Shown: piece after piece, positions 41,150 through 56,400 of the stretch
How positions within the stretch are numbered: position 1 is the first letter of the stretch
Layout of the letters: each line of letters opens with the position of its first letter
Source of the DNA: Antedon mediterranea
Taxonomy: Eukaryota; Animalia; Echinodermata
Direction: 5' to 3'
Assembly (NCBI RefSeq): GCF_964355755.1
Contig: NC_092677.1
Location: 21,377,175-21,441,174, forward strand
DNA length: 64,000 nucleotides
Made by a program: the position numbers and the translations under genes
Notes under the pieces: generated by a model
Database searches by the model: none
Told to the model about the DNA's origin: nothing
What the model saw: the letters and a program-made list of their open reading frames with translations, nothing else

Positions 41150-44100
41150 AAGTGCTTAGAAAAGCTTGAAATCGCATTTGGAGACGTTTTAGACCATTTT
41201 GTGCATTTCGATGAAACTTGGTTACACAAAAACATCAAAGTGCTTAAAATCACATTTTGAGCATTTCGTTAAAACTTTTCACACAAAAACATCAAAGAGT
41301 AAAAAATAGCTTAATATCGTATTTAAAAACGTTTTAGACCATTTTGAGCATTTCGACAAAATTTTTTCACACAAAACATCAAAGTGTACAGAATAGCTTT
41401 AAATCGCATTTGGAGACGTTTTAGACCATTTTGTTCATTTCGATGAAACAAAAACACAAAAACATCAAATTGCACAAAATGGCTTAATATGATATGGGAA
41501 AACGTTTTAGACCATTTTGAACATTTCGTTAAAAGTTTTCACACAAAAACATCAAAGAGCAAAAAATAGCTTAATATCGTATTTAAAAACGTTTTAGACC
41601 ATTTTGAGCATTTCGACAAATCTTTTTCACACAAAACATCAAAGTGTACAGATAAGCTTCAAATCGCATTTGGAGACGTTTTAAACCATTTTGAGCATTT
41701 CGATAAAATTTTACACACAAAAACATCAAAGTGCACAAAATAGCTTAATATGGTATTTAAAAACGTTTTAGACCATTTTGAGCATTTCAACAAAACTTTT
41801 TCTCACAAAACATCAAAGTGTACAGAATAGCTTCAAATCGCATTTGGAGACGTTTTAGACCATTTTGTGCATTTCGATGAAACTTGGTTACACAAAAACA
41901 TCAAAGTGCTTAAAATCACATTTTGAGCATTTCGTTAAAACTTTTCACACAAAAACATCAAAGTCCACAAAATAGCTTAATATCTTATTTAAAAACGTTT
42001 TAGACCATTTTGAGCATTTCGAAAAAACTTTTTCACACAAAACATCAAAGTTTACAAAATAGCTTCAAATCGCATTTGGAGACGTTTTAGACCATTTTGT
42101 GATTTTCGAAAAAACTTGTTAACATAAAAACACCAAAGTGCTCAGAATACCTTCAAATCGCATTTGGAGACGTTTTAGACCATTTTGTGATTTTCGAAAA
42201 AACTTGTTAACATAAAAACACCAAAGTGCTTAGAAAAGCTTCAAATCGCATTTGGAGATGTTTTAGACCATTTTGTGCATTTCGATGAAACTTGGTTACA
42301 CAAAAACATCAAAGTGCTTAAAATCACATTTTGAGCATTTCGTTAAAACTTTTCACACAAAAACATCAAAGAGTAATAAATAGCTCAATATCGTATTTAA
42401 AAACGTTTTAGACCATTTTGAGCATTTCGACAAAAATTTTTCAAACAAAACATTAAAGTGTACAGAATAGCTTTAAATCGCATTTGGAGACGTTTTAGAC
42501 CATTTTGTTCATTTCGATGAAACAAAAACACAAAAACATCAAATTGCACAAAATGGCTTAATATGATATGGGAAAACGTTTTAGACCATTTTGAACATTT
42601 CGTTAAAAGTTTTCACACAAAAATATCAAAGTCCACAAAATAGCTTAATATCGTATTTAAAAACGTTTTAGACCATTTTGAGCATTTCGAAAAAACTTTT
42701 TCACACAAAACATCAAAGTTTACAAAATAGCTTCAAATCGCATTTGGAGACGTTTTAGACCATTTTGTGATTTTCGAAAAAACTTGTTAACATAAAAACA
42801 CCAAAGTGCTCAGAATACCTTCAAATCGCATTTTGAGACGTTTTAGACCATTTTGTGATTTTCGAAAAAACTTGTTAACATAAAAACACCAAAGTGCTCA
42901 GAATACCTTCAAATCGCATTTGGAGACGTTTTAGACCATTTTGTGATTTTCGTAAAAACTTGTTAACATAAAAACACCAAAGTGCTTAGAAAAGTTTCAA
43001 ATCGCATTTGGAGACGTTTTAGACCATTTTGTTCATTTCGATGAAACTTGGTTACACAAAAACATCAAATTGCACAAAATGGCTTAATATGGTATGGGAA
43101 AACGTTTTAGACCATTTTGAACATTTCGAGAAAACTTTTTCACACAAAACTTCAAAGTGTACAGAATAGCTTCAAATCGCATTAGAAACCGTTTTAGACC
43201 ATTTTGAGCATTTCGAAAAAACTTTTTCACACAAAACATCAAAGTTTACAAAATAGCTTCAAATCACATTTGGAGACGTTTTAGACCATTTTGTGATTTT
43301 CAAAAAAACTTGTTAACATAAAAACACCAAAGTGCTCAGGATACCTTCAAATCGCATTTTGAGACGTTTTAGACCATTTTGTGATTTTCGGAAAAACTTG
43401 TTAACATAAAAACACCAAAGTGCTCAGAATACCTTCAAATCGTATTTTGAGACGTTTTAGACAATTTTGTGATTTTCGAAAAAACTTGTTAACATAAAAA
43501 CACCAAAGTGCTTAGAAAAGCTTAAAAAACGCATTTGGAGACGTTTTAGACCATTTTGTGCATTTCGATGAAACTTGGTTACACAAAAACATCAAAGTGT
43601 ACAGAATAGCTTCAAATCGCATTAGAAACCGTTTTAGACCATTTTGAGCATTTCGAAAAAACTTTTTCACACAAAACATCAAAGTGTACAAAATAGCTTC
43701 AAATCGCATTTGGAGACGTTTTAGACAATTTTGTGATTTTCGAAAAAACTTGTTTACATAAAAACACCAAAGTGCTCAGAATAGCTTCCAATCGCATTTT
43801 GAGACGTTTTAGACCCTTTTGTGCATTTCGATGAAACTTGGTTACACAAAAACATCAAAGTGCTTAAAATCACAGTAGAAACCGTTTTAGACCATTTTGA
43901 GCATTTCGTTAAAATTTTTCACAGAAAAACATCAAAGAGCAAAAAATAGCTTAATATCGTATTTAAAAACGTTTTAGACCATTTTGAGCATTTCGACAAA
44001 ACTTTTTCACACAAAACATCAAAGTGTACAGATAAGCTTCAAATCGCATTTGGAGACGTTTTAAACCATTTTGAGCATTTCGATAAAATTTTACACACAA

Positions 44101-45040
44101 AAACATCAAAGTGCACAAAATAGCTTAATATGGTATTTAAAAACGTTTTAGACCATTTTGAGCATTTCAACAAAACTTTTTCTCACAAAACATCAAGGTG
44201 TACAGAATAGCTTCAAATCGCATTTGGAGACGTTTTAGACCATTTTGTGCATTTCGATGAAACTTGGTTATACAAAAACATCAAAGTGCTTAAATTCACA
44301 TTTTGAGCATTTCGTTAAAACTTTTCACACAAAAACATCAAAGTCCACAAAATAGCTTAATATCGTATTTAAAAACGTTTTAGACCATTTTGAGAATTTC
44401 GAAAAAACTTTTTCACACAAAACATCAAAGTTTACAAAATAGCTTCAAATCGCATTTGGAGACGTTTTAGACCATTTTGTGATTTTCGAAAAAACTTGTT
44501 AACATAAAAACACCAAAGTGCTTAGAAAAGCTTCAAATCGCATTTGGAGACGTTTTAGACCATTTTTTGCATTTCGATGAAACTTGGTTACAAAAAAACA
44601 TCAAAGTGCTTAAAATCACATTTTGAGCATTTCGTTAAAACTTTTCACACAAAAACATCAAAGTCCACAAAATAGCTTAATATCGTATTTAAAAACGTTT
44701 TAGACCATTTTGAGCATTTCGAAAAAACTTTTCCACACAAAACATCAAAGTTTACAAAATAGCTTCAAATCGCATTTGGAGACGTTTTAGACCATTTTGT
44801 GATTTTCGAAAAAACTTGTTAACATAAAAATACCAAAGTGCTCAGAATACCTTCAAATCGTGTTTTGAGACGTTTTAGACCATTTTGTGATTTTCGAAAA
44901 AACTTAACATAAAAACACCAAAGTGCTCAGAATACCTTCAAATCGCATTTGGAGACGTTTTAGACCATTTTGTGATTTTGGAAAAAACTTGTTAACATAA
45001 AAACACCAAAGTGCTTAGAAAAGCTTCAAATCGCATTTGG
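41150..45040 (+). repeat. HOR block with a paralogous copy at ~59470-63360 (offset 18318 bp)
   Basis: ORFs 43512/61830, gatg marker 42257/60575 and chimeric monomer aaaagttttc...aaagagc at 41531/59849. Confidence 0.85.
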
Positions 45041-45049
45041 AGACGTTTT

Positions 45050-47400
45050 AGACCATTTTGTGCATTTCGATGAAACTTGGTTACACAAAAACATCAAAGT
45101 GCTTAAAATCACTTTTTGAGCATTTCGTTAAAACTTTTCACACAAAAACATCAAAGAGCAAAAAATAGCTTAATATCGTATTTAAAAACGTTTTAGACCA
45201 TTTTGAGCATTTCGACAAAACTTTTTCACACAAAACATCAAAGTGTACAAAATAGCTTCAAATCGCATTTGGAGACGTTTTAGACAATTTTGTGATTTTC
45301 GAAAAAACTTGTTTACATAAAAACACCAAAGTGCTAAGAATAGCTTCCAATCGCATTTGGAGACGTTTTAGACCCTTTTGTGAATTTCGATGAAACTTGG
45401 TTACACAAAAACATCAAAGTGCTTAAAATCACATTAGAAACCGTTTTAGAACATTTTGAGCATTTCGTTAAAATTTTTCACAGAAAAACATCAAAGAGCA
45501 AAAAATAGCTTAATATCGTATTTAAAAACGTTTTAGACCATTTTGAGCATTTCGACAAAACTTTTTCACACAAAACAACAAAGTGTACAGAATAGCTTCA
45601 AATCGCATTTGGAGACGTTTTAACCCATTTTGAGCATTTCGATAAAATTTTACACACAAAAACATCAAAGTGCACAAAATAGCTTAATATGGTATTTAAA
45701 AACGTTTTAGACCATTTTGAGCATTTCAACAAAACTTTTTCTCACAAAACATCAAAGTGTACAGAATAGCTTCAAATCGCATTTGGAGACGTTTTAGACC
45801 ATTTTGTGCATTTCGATGAAACTTGGTTACACAAAAACATCAAAGTGCTTAAAATCACATTTTGAGCATTTCGTTAAAACTTTTCACACAAAAACATCAA
45901 AGTCCACAAAATAGCTTAATATCGTATTTAAAAACGTTATAGACCATTTTGAGCATTTCGAAAAAACTTTTCCACACAAAACATCAAAGTTTACAAAATA
46001 GCTTCAAATCGCATTTGGAGACGTTTTAGACCATTTTGTGATTTTCGAAAAAACTTGTTAACATAAAAACACCAAAGTGCTCAGAATACCTTCAAATCGC
46101 ATTTGGAGACGTTTTAGACCCTTTTGTGCATTTCGATGAAACTTGGTTACACAAAAACATCAAAGTGCTTAAAATCACATTAGAAACCGTTTTAGACCAT
46201 TTTGAGCATTTCGTTAAAATTTTTCACAGAAAAACATCAAAGAGCAAAAAATAGCTTAATATCGTATTTAAAAACGTTTTAGACCATTTTGAGCATTTCG
46301 ACAAAACTTTTTCACACAAAACATCAAAGTGTACAGAATAGCTTCAAATCGCATTTGGAGACGTTTTAACCCATTTTGAGCATTTCGATAAAATTTTACA
46401 CACAAAAACATCAAAGTGCACAAAATAGCTTAATATGGTATTTAAAAACGTTTTAGACCATTTTGAGCATTTCAACAAAACTTTTTCTCACAAAACATCA
46501 AAGTGTACAGAATAGCTTCAAATCGCATTTGGAGACATTTTAGACCATTTTGTGCATTTCGATGAAACTTGGTTACACAAAAACATCAAAGTGCTTAAAA
46601 TCACATTTTGAGCATTTCGTTAAAACTTTTCACACAAAAACATCAAAGTCCACAAAATAGCTTAATATCGTATTTAAAAACGTTTTAGACCATTTTGAGC
46701 ATTTCGAAAAAACTTTTCCACACAAAACATCAAAGTTTACAAAATAGCTTCAAATCGCATTTGGAGACGTTTTAGACCATTTTGTGATTTTCGAAAAAAA
46801 CTTGTTAACATAAAAACACCAAAGTGCTCAGAATACCTTCAAATCGTGTTTTGAGACGTTTTAGACCATTTTGTAATTTTCGAAAAAACTTGTCAACATA
46901 AAAACACCAAAGTGCTCAGAATACCTTCACATCGCATTTTGAGACGTTTTAGACCATTTTGTGATTTTCGAAAAAACTTGTTAACATAAAAACACCAAAG
47001 TGCTTAGAAAAGCTTGAAATCGCATTTGGAGACGTTTTAGACCATTTTGTGAATTTCGATGAAACTTGGTTAAAGTGCTTAAAATCACATTTTGAGCATT
47101 TCGTTAAAACTTTTCACACAAAAACATCAAAGAGTAAAAAATAGCTTAATATCGTATTTAAAAACGTTTTAGACCATTTTGAGCATTTCGACAAAATTTT
47201 TTCACACAAAACATCAAAGTGTACAGAATAGCTTTAAATCGCATTTGGAGACGTTTTAGACCATTTTGTTCATTTCGATGAAACAAAAACACAAAAACAT
47301 CAAATTGCACAAAATGGCTTAATATGATATGGGAAAACGTTTTAGACCATTTTGAACATTTCGTTAAAAGTTTTCACACAAAAACATCAAAGTCCACAAA
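45050..47400 (+). repeat. HOR block with a paralogous copy at ~50420-52770 (offset 5368 bp)
   Basis: Private markers actttttgag (45111/50479), cgttat (45935/51303), gacattt (46534/51902) and the 13-bp deletion (47065/52433). Confidence 0.85.
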
Positions 47401-50400
47401 ATAGCTTAATATCGTATTTAAAAACGTTTTAGACCAATTTGAGCATTTCGAAAAAACTTTTTCACACAAAACATCAAAGTTTACAAAATAGCTTCAAATT
47501 GCATTTGGAGACGTTATAGACCATTTTGTGATTTTCGAAAAAACTTGTTAACATAAAAACACCAAAGTGCTCAGAATACCTTCAAATCGCATTTTGAGAC
47601 GTTTTAGACCATTTTATGATTTTCGAAAAAACTTGTTAACATAAAAACACCAAAGTGCTCAGAATACCTTCAAATCGTGTTTTGAGACGTTTTAGACCAT
47701 TTTGTGATTTTCGAAAAAACTTGTTAACATAAAAACACCAAAGTGCTCAGAATACCTTCAAATCGCATTTGGAGACGTTTTAGACCATTTTGTGATTTTC
47801 GTAAAAACTTGTTAACATAAAAACACCAAAGTGCTTAGAAAAGTTTCAAATCGCATTTGGAGACGTTTTAGACCATTTTGTTCATTTCGATGAAACTTGG
47901 TTACACAAAAACATCAAATTGCACAAAATGGCTTAATATGGTATGGGAAAACGTTTTAGACCATTTTGAACATTTCGAGAAAACTTTTTCACACAAAACT
48001 TCAAAGTGTACAGAATAGCTTCAAATCGCATTAGAAACCGTTTTAGACCATTTTGAGCATTTCGAAAAAACTTTTTCACACAAAACATCAAAGTTTACAA
48101 AATAGCTTCAAATCACATTTGGAGACGTTTTAGACCATTTTGTGATTTTCAAAAAAACTTGTTAACATAAAAACACCAAAGTGCTCAGGATACCTTCAAA
48201 TCGCATTTTGAGACGTTTTAGACCATTTTGTGATTTTCGGAAAAACTTGTTAACATAAAAACACCAAAGTGCTCAGAATACCTTCAAATCGTATTTTGAG
48301 ACGTTTTAGACAATTTTGTGATTTTCGAAAAAACTTGTTAACATAAAAACACCAAAGTGCTTAGAAAAGCTTAAAAAACGCATTTGGAGACGTTTTAGAC
48401 CATTTTGTGCATTTCGATGAAACTTGGTTACACAAAAACATCAAAGTGTACAGAATAGCTTCAAATCGCATTAGAAACCGTTTTAGACCATTTTGAGCAT
48501 TTCGAAAAAACTTTTTCACACAAAACATCAAAGTGTACAAAATAGCTTCAAATCGCATTTGGAGACGTTTTAGACAATTTTGTGATTTTCGAAAAAACTT
48601 GTTTACATAAAAACACCAAAGTGCTCAGAATAGCTTCCAATCGCATTTTGAGACGTTTTAGACCCTTTTGTGCATTTCGATGAAACTTGGTTACACAAAA
48701 ACATCAAAGTGCTTAAAATCACAGTAGAAACCGTTTTAGACCATTTTGAGCATTTCGTTAAAATTTTTCACAGAAAAACATCAAAGAGCAAAAAATAGCT
48801 TAATATCGTATTTAAAAACGTTTTAGACCATTTTGAGCATTTCGACAAAACTTTTTCACACAAAACATCAAAGTGTACAGATAAGCTTCAAATCGCATTT
48901 GGAGACGTTTTAAACCATTTTGAGCATTTCGATAAAATTTTACACACAAAAACATCAAAGTGCACAAAATAGCTTAATATGGTATTTAAAAACGTTTTAG
49001 ACCATTTTGAGCATTTCAACAAAACTTTTTCTCACAAAACATCAAAGTGTACAGAATAGCTTCAAATCGCATTTGGAGACGTTTTAGACCATTTTGTGCA
49101 TTTCGATGAAACTTGGTTACACAAAAACATCAAAGTGCTTAAATTCACATTTTGAGAATTTCGTTAAAACTTTTCACACAAAAACATCAAAGTCCACAAA
49201 ATAGCTTAATATCGTATTTAAAAACGTTTTAGACCATTTTGAGAATTTCGAAAAAACTTTTTCACACAAAACATCAAAGTTTACAAAATAGCTTCAAATC
49301 GCATTTGGAGACGTTTTAGACCATTTTGTGATTTTCGAAAAAACTTGTTAACATAAAAACACCAAAGTGCTCAGAATACCTTCAAATCGCATTTGGAGAC
49401 GTTTTAGACCATTTTGTGATTTTCGAAAAAACTTGTTAACATAAAAACACCAAAGTGCTTAGAAAAGCTTCAAATCGCATTTGGAGACGTTTTAGACCAT
49501 TTTTTGCATTTCGATGAAACTTGGTTACACAAAAACATCAAAGTGCTTAAAATCACATTTTGAGCATTTCGTTAAAACTTTTCACACAAAAACATCAAAG
49601 TCCACAAAATAGCTTAATATCCTATTTAAAAACGTTTTAGACCATTTTGAGCATTTCGAAAAAACTTTTCCACACAAAACATCAAAGTTTACAAAATAGC
49701 CTCAAATCGCATTTGGAGACGTTTTAGACCATTTTGTGATTTTCGAAAAAACTTGTTAACATAAAAACACCAAAGTGCTCAGAATACCTTCAAATCGTGT
49801 TTTGAGACGTTTTAGACCATTTTGTAATTTTCGAAAAAACTTGTTAACATAAAAACACCAAAGTGCTCAGAAAACCTTCACATCGCATTTTGAGACGTTT
49901 TAGACCATTTTGTGATTTTCGAAAAAACTTGTTAACATAAAAACACCAAAGTGCTTAGAAAAGCTTGAAATCGCATTTGGAGACGTTTTAGACCATTTTG
50001 TGCATTTCGATGAAACTTGGTTACACAAAAACATCAAAGTGCTTAAAATCACATTAGAAACCGTTTTAGACCATTTTGAGCATTTCGTTAAAACTTTTCA
50101 CACAAAAACATCAAAGTCCACAAAATAGCTTAATATCGTATTTAAAAACGTTTTAGACCATTTTGAGCATTTCGAAAAAACTTTTCCACACAAAACATCA
50201 AAGTTTACAAAATAGCTTCAAATCGCATTTGGAGACGTTTTAGACCATTTTGTGATTTTCGAAAAAACTTGTTAACATAAAAACACCAAAGTGCTCAGAA
50301 TACCTTCAAATCGTATTTTGAGACGTTTTAGACAATTTTGTGATTTTCGAAAAAACTTGCTAACATAAAAACACCAAAGTGCTTAGAAAAGCTTCATATC

Positions 50401-53400
50401 GCATTTGGAGACGTTTTAGACCATTTTGTGCATTTTGATGAAACTTGGTTACACAAAAACATCAAAGTGCTTAAAATCACTTTTTGAGCATTTCGTTAAA
50501 ACTTTTCACACAAAAACATCAAAGAGCAAAAAATAGCTTAATATCGTATTTAAAAACGTTTTAGACCATTTTGAGCATTTCGACAAAACTTTTTCACACA
50601 AAACATCAAAGTGTACAAAATAGCTTCAAATCGCATTTGGAGACGTTTTAGACAATTTTGTGATTTTCGAAAAAACTTGTTTACATAAAAACACCAAAGT
50701 GCTAAGAATTGCTTCCAATCGCATTTGGAGACGTTTTAGACCCTTTTGTGCATTTCGATGAAACTTGGTTACACAAAAACATCAAAGTGCTTAAAATCAC
50801 ATTAGAAACCGTTTTAGAACATTTTGAGCATTTCGTTAAAATTTTTCACAGAAAAGCATCAAAGAGCAAAAAATAGCTTAATATCGTATTTAAAAACGTT
50901 TTAGACCATTTTGAGCATTTCGACAAAACTTTTTCACACAAAACAACAAAGTGTACAGAATAGCTTCAAATCGCATTTGGAGACGTTTTAACCCATTTTG
51001 AGCATTTCGATAAAATTTTACACACAAAAACATCAAAGTGCACAAAATAGCTTAATATGGTATTTAAAAACGTTTTAGACCATTTTGAGCATTTCAACAA
51101 AACTTTTTCTCACAAAACATCAAAGTGTACAGAATAGCTTCAAATCGCATTTGGAGACGTTTTAGACCATTTTGTGCATTTCGATGAAACTTGGTTACAC
51201 AAAAACATCAAAGTGCTTAAAATCACATTTTGAGCATTTCGTTAAAACTTTTCACACAAAAACATCAAAGTCCACAAAATAGCTTAATATCGTATTTAAA
51301 AACGTTATAGACCATTTTGAGCATTTCGAAAAAACTTTTCCACACAAAACATCAAAGTTTACAAAATAGCTTCAAATCGCATTTGGAGACGTTTTAGACC
51401 ATTTTGTGATTTTCGAAAAAACTTGTTAACATAAAAACACCAAAGTGCTCAGAATACCTTCAAATCGCATTTGGAGACGTTTTAGACCCTTTTGTGCATT
51501 TCGATGAAACTTGGTTACACAAAAACATCAAAGTGCTTAAAATCACATTAGAAACCGTTTTAGACCATTTTGAGCATTTCGTTAAAATTTTTCACAGAAA
51601 AACATCAAAGAGCAAAAAATAGCTTAATATCGTATTTAAAAACGTTTTAGACCATTTTGAGCATTTCGACAAAACTTTTTCACACAAAACATCAAAGTGT
51701 ACAGAATAGCTTCAAATCGCATTTGGAGACGTTTTAACCCATTTTGAGCATTTCGATAAAATTTTACACACAAAAACATCAAAGTGCACAAAATAGCTTA
51801 ATATGGTATTTAAAAACGTTTTAGACCATTTTGAGCATTTCAACAAAACTTTTTCTCACAAAACATCAAAGTGTACAGAATAGCTTCAAATCGCATTTGG
51901 AGACATTTTAGACCATTTTGTGCATTTCGATGAAACTTGGTTACACAAAAACATCAAAGTGCTTAAAATCACATTTTGAGCATTTCGTTAAAACTTTTCA
52001 CACAAAAACATCAAAGTCCACAAAATAGCTTAATATCGTATTTAAAAACGTTTTAGACCATTTTGAGCATTTCGAAAAAACTTTTCCACACAAAACATCA
52101 AAGTTTACAAAATAGCTTCAAATCGCATTTGGAGACGTTTTAGACCATTTTGTGATTTTCGAAAAAAACTTGTTAACATAAAAACACCAAAGTGCTCAGA
52201 ATACCTTCAAATCGTGTTTTGAGACGTTTTAGACCATTTTGTAATTTTCGAAAAAACTTGTTAACATAAAAACACCAAAGTGCTCAGAATACCTTCACAT
52301 CGCATTTTGAGACGTTTTAGACCATTTTGTGATTTTCGAAAAAACTTGTTAACATAAAAACACCAAAGTGCTTAGAAAAGCTTGAAATCGCATTTGGAGA
52401 CGTTTTAGACCATTTTGTGAATTTCGATGAAACTTGGTTAAAGTGCTTAAAATCACATTTTGAGCATTTCGTTAAAACTTTTCACACAAAAACATCAAAG
52501 AGTAAAAAATAGCTTAATATCGTATTTAAAAACGTTTTAGACCATTTTGAGCATTTCGACAAAATTTTTTCACACAAAACATCAAAGTGTACAGAATAGC
52601 TTTAAATCGCATTTGGAGACGTTTTAGACCATTTTGTTCATTTCGATGAAACAAAAACACAAAAACATCAAATTGCACAAAATGGCTTAATATGATATGG
52701 GAAAACGTTTTAGACCATTTTGAACATTTCGTTAAAAGTTTTCACAAAAAAACATCAAAGTCCACAAAATAGCTTAATATCGTATTTAAAAACGTTTTAG
52801 ACCATTTTGAGCATTTCGAAAAAACTTTTTCACACAAAACATCAAAGTTTACAAAATAGCTTCAAATCGCATTTGGAGACGTTTTAGACCATTTTGTGAT
52901 TTTCGAAAAAACTTGTTAACATAAAAACACCAAAGTGCTCAGAATACCTTCAAATCGCATTTTGAGACGTTTTAGACCATTTTGTGATTTTCGAAAAAAC
53001 TTGTTAACATAAAAACACCAAAGTGCTCAGAATACCTTCAAATCGTGTTTTGAGACGTTTTAGACCATTTTGTGATTTTGGAAAAACTTGTTAACATAAA
53101 AACACCAAAGTGCTCAGAATACCTTCAAATCGCATTTGGAGACGTTTTAGACCATTTTGTGATTTTCGAAAAAACTTGTTAACATAAAAACACCAAAGTG
53201 CTCAGAAAAGCTTCAAATCGCAATTGGAGACGTTTTAAACCATTTTGTTCATTTCGATGAAACTTGGTTACACAAAAACATCAAATTGCACAAAATGGCT
53301 TTATATTGTATGGGAAAACGTTTTAGACCATTTTGAACATTTCGAGAAAACTTTTTCACACAAAACTTCAAAGTGTACAGAATAGCTTCAAATCGCATTA

Positions 53401-56400
53401 GAAACCGTTTTAGACCATTTTGAGCATTTCGAAAAAACTTTTTCACACAAAAAATCAAGGTTTACAAAATAGCTTCAAATCGCATTTGGAGACGTTTTAG
53501 ACCATTTTGTGATTTTCGAAAAAACTTGTTAACATAAAAACACCAAAGTGCTCAGAATACCTTCAAATCGCATTTTGAGACGTTTTAGACCATTTTGTGA
53601 TTTTCGAAAAAACTTGTTAACATAAAAATACCAAAGTGCTCAGAATACCTTCAAATCGTGTTTTAAGACGTTTTAGACCATTTTGTGATTTTCGAAAAAA
53701 CTTGTTAACATAAAAACACCAAAGTGCTCAGAATACCTTCAAATCGCATTTGGAGACGTTTTAGACCATTTTGTGATTTTCGAAAAAACTTGTTAACATA
53801 AAAACACCAAAGTGCTCAGAAAAGCTTCAAATCGCATTTGGAGACGTTTTAAACCATTTTGTTCATTTCGATGAAACTTGGTTACACAAAAATATCAAAG
53901 AGCACAAAAGTATTTAAAAACGTTTTACACCATTTTGAGCATTCCGACAAAACTTTTTCACACAAAACATCAAAGTGTACAGAATAGCTTTAAATCGCAT
54001 TTGGAGACGTTTTAGACCATTTTGTAGTTTTCGAAAAAACTTGTTAACATAAAAACACAAAAGAGCTTCAAATCACATTAGGAGACGTTTTAGACCCTTT
54101 TGTGCATTTCGATGAAACTTTTCACACAAAAACATCAAAGTCCACAAAATAGCTTAATATCGTATTCAAAAACGTTTTAGACCATTTTGAGCATTTCGAA
54201 AAAACTTTTCCACACGAAACATCAAAGTTTACAAAATAGCTTCAAATCGCATTTGGAGACGTTTTAGACCATTTTGTGATTTTCGAAAAAACTTGATAAC
54301 ATAAAAACACCAAAGTGCTCAGAATACCTTCAAATCGTGTTTTGAGACGTTTTAGACCATTTTGTAATTTTCGAAAAAACTTGTTAACATAAAAACACCA
54401 AAGTGCTCAGAATACCTTCACATCGAATTTTGAGACGTTTTAGACCATTTTGTGATTTTCGAAAAAACTTGTTTACATAAAAACACCAAAGTGCTTAGAA
54501 AAGCTTGAAATCGCATTTGGAGACGTTTTAGACCATTTTGTGCATTTCGATGAAACTTGGTTACACAAAAACATCAAAGTGCTTAAAATCACATTTTGAG
54601 CATTTCGTTAAAACTTTTCACACAAAAACATCAAAGTCCACAAAATAGCTTAATATCGTATTTAAAAACGTTTTAGACCATTTTGAGCATTTCGAAAAAA
54701 CTTTTCCACACAAAACATCAAAGTTTACAAAATAGCTTTAAATCGCATTTGGAGACGTTTTAGACCATTTTGTTCATTTCGATGAAACAAAAACACAAAA
54801 ACATCAAATTGCACAAAATGGCTTAATATGATATGGGAAAACGTTTTAGACCATTTTGAACATTTCGTTAAAAGTTTTCACAAAAAAACATCAAAGTCCA
54901 CAAAATAGCTTAATATCGTATTTAAAAACGTTTTAGGCCATTTTGAGCATTTCGAAAAAACTTTTTCACACAAAACATCAAAGTTTACAAAATAGCTTCA
55001 AATCGCATTTGGAGACGTTTTAGACCATTTTGTGATTTTCGAAAAAACTTGTTAACATAAAAACACCAAAGTGCTCAGAATACCTTCAAATCGCATTTTG
55101 AGACGTTTTAGACCATTTTGTGATTTTCGAAAAAACTTGTTAACATAAAAACACCAAAGTGCTCAGAATACCTTCAAATCGTGTTTTGAGACGTTTTAGA
55201 CCATTTTGAGATTTTGGAAAAACTTGTTAACATAAAAACACCAAAGTGCTCAGAATACCTTCAAATCGCATTTGGAGACGTTTTAGACCATTTTGTGATT
55301 TTCGAAAAAACTTGTTAACATAAAAACACCAAAGTGCTCAGAAAAGCTTCAAATCGCAATTGGAGACGTTTTAAACCATTTTGTTCATTTCGATGAAGCT
55401 TGGTTACACAAAAACATCAAATTGCACAAAATGGCTTAATATGGTATGGGAAAACGTTTTAGACCATTTTGAACATTTCGAGAAAACTTTTTCACACAAA
55501 ACTTCAAAGTATACAGAATAGCTTCAAATCGCATTAGAAACCGTTTTAGACCATTTTGAGCATTTCGAAAAAACTTTTTCACACAAAACATCAAAGTTTA
55601 CAAAATAGCTTCAAATCGCATTTGGAGACGTTTTAGACCATTTTGTGATTTTCGAAAAAACTTGTTAACATAAAAACACCAAAGTGCTCAGAATACCTTC
55701 AAATCGCATTTTGAGACGTTTTAGACCATTTTGTGATTTTCGAAAAAACTTGTTAACATAAAAATACCAAAGTGCTCAGAATACCTTCAAATCGTGTTTT
55801 GAGACGTTTTAAACCATTTTGTGATTTTCGAAAAAACTTAACATAAAAACACCAAAGTGCTCAGAATACCTTCAAATCGCATTTGGAGACGTTTTAGACC
55901 ATTTTGTGATTTTGGAAAAAACTTGTTAACATAAAAACACCAAAGTGCTTAGAAAAGCTTCAAATCGCATTTGGAGACGTTTTAGACCCTTTTGTGCATT
56001 TCGATGAAACTTGGTTACACAAAAACATCAAAGTGCTTAAAATCACAGTAGAAACCGTTTTAGACCATTTTGAGCATTTCGTTAAAATTTTTCACAGAAA
56101 AACATCAAAGAGCAGAAAATAGCTTAATATCGTATTTAAAAACGTTTTAGACCATTTTGAGCATTTCGACAAAACTTTTTCACACAAAACATCAAAGTGT
56201 ACAGATAAGCTTCAAATCGCATTTGGAGACGTTTTAAACCATTTTGAGCATTTCGATAAAATTTTACACACAAAAACATCAAAGTGCACAAAATAGCTTA
56301 ATATGGTATTTAAAAACGTTTTAGACCATTTTGAGCATTTCAACAAAACTTTTTCTCACAAAACATCAAAGTGTACAGAATAGCATTTGGAGACGTTTTA

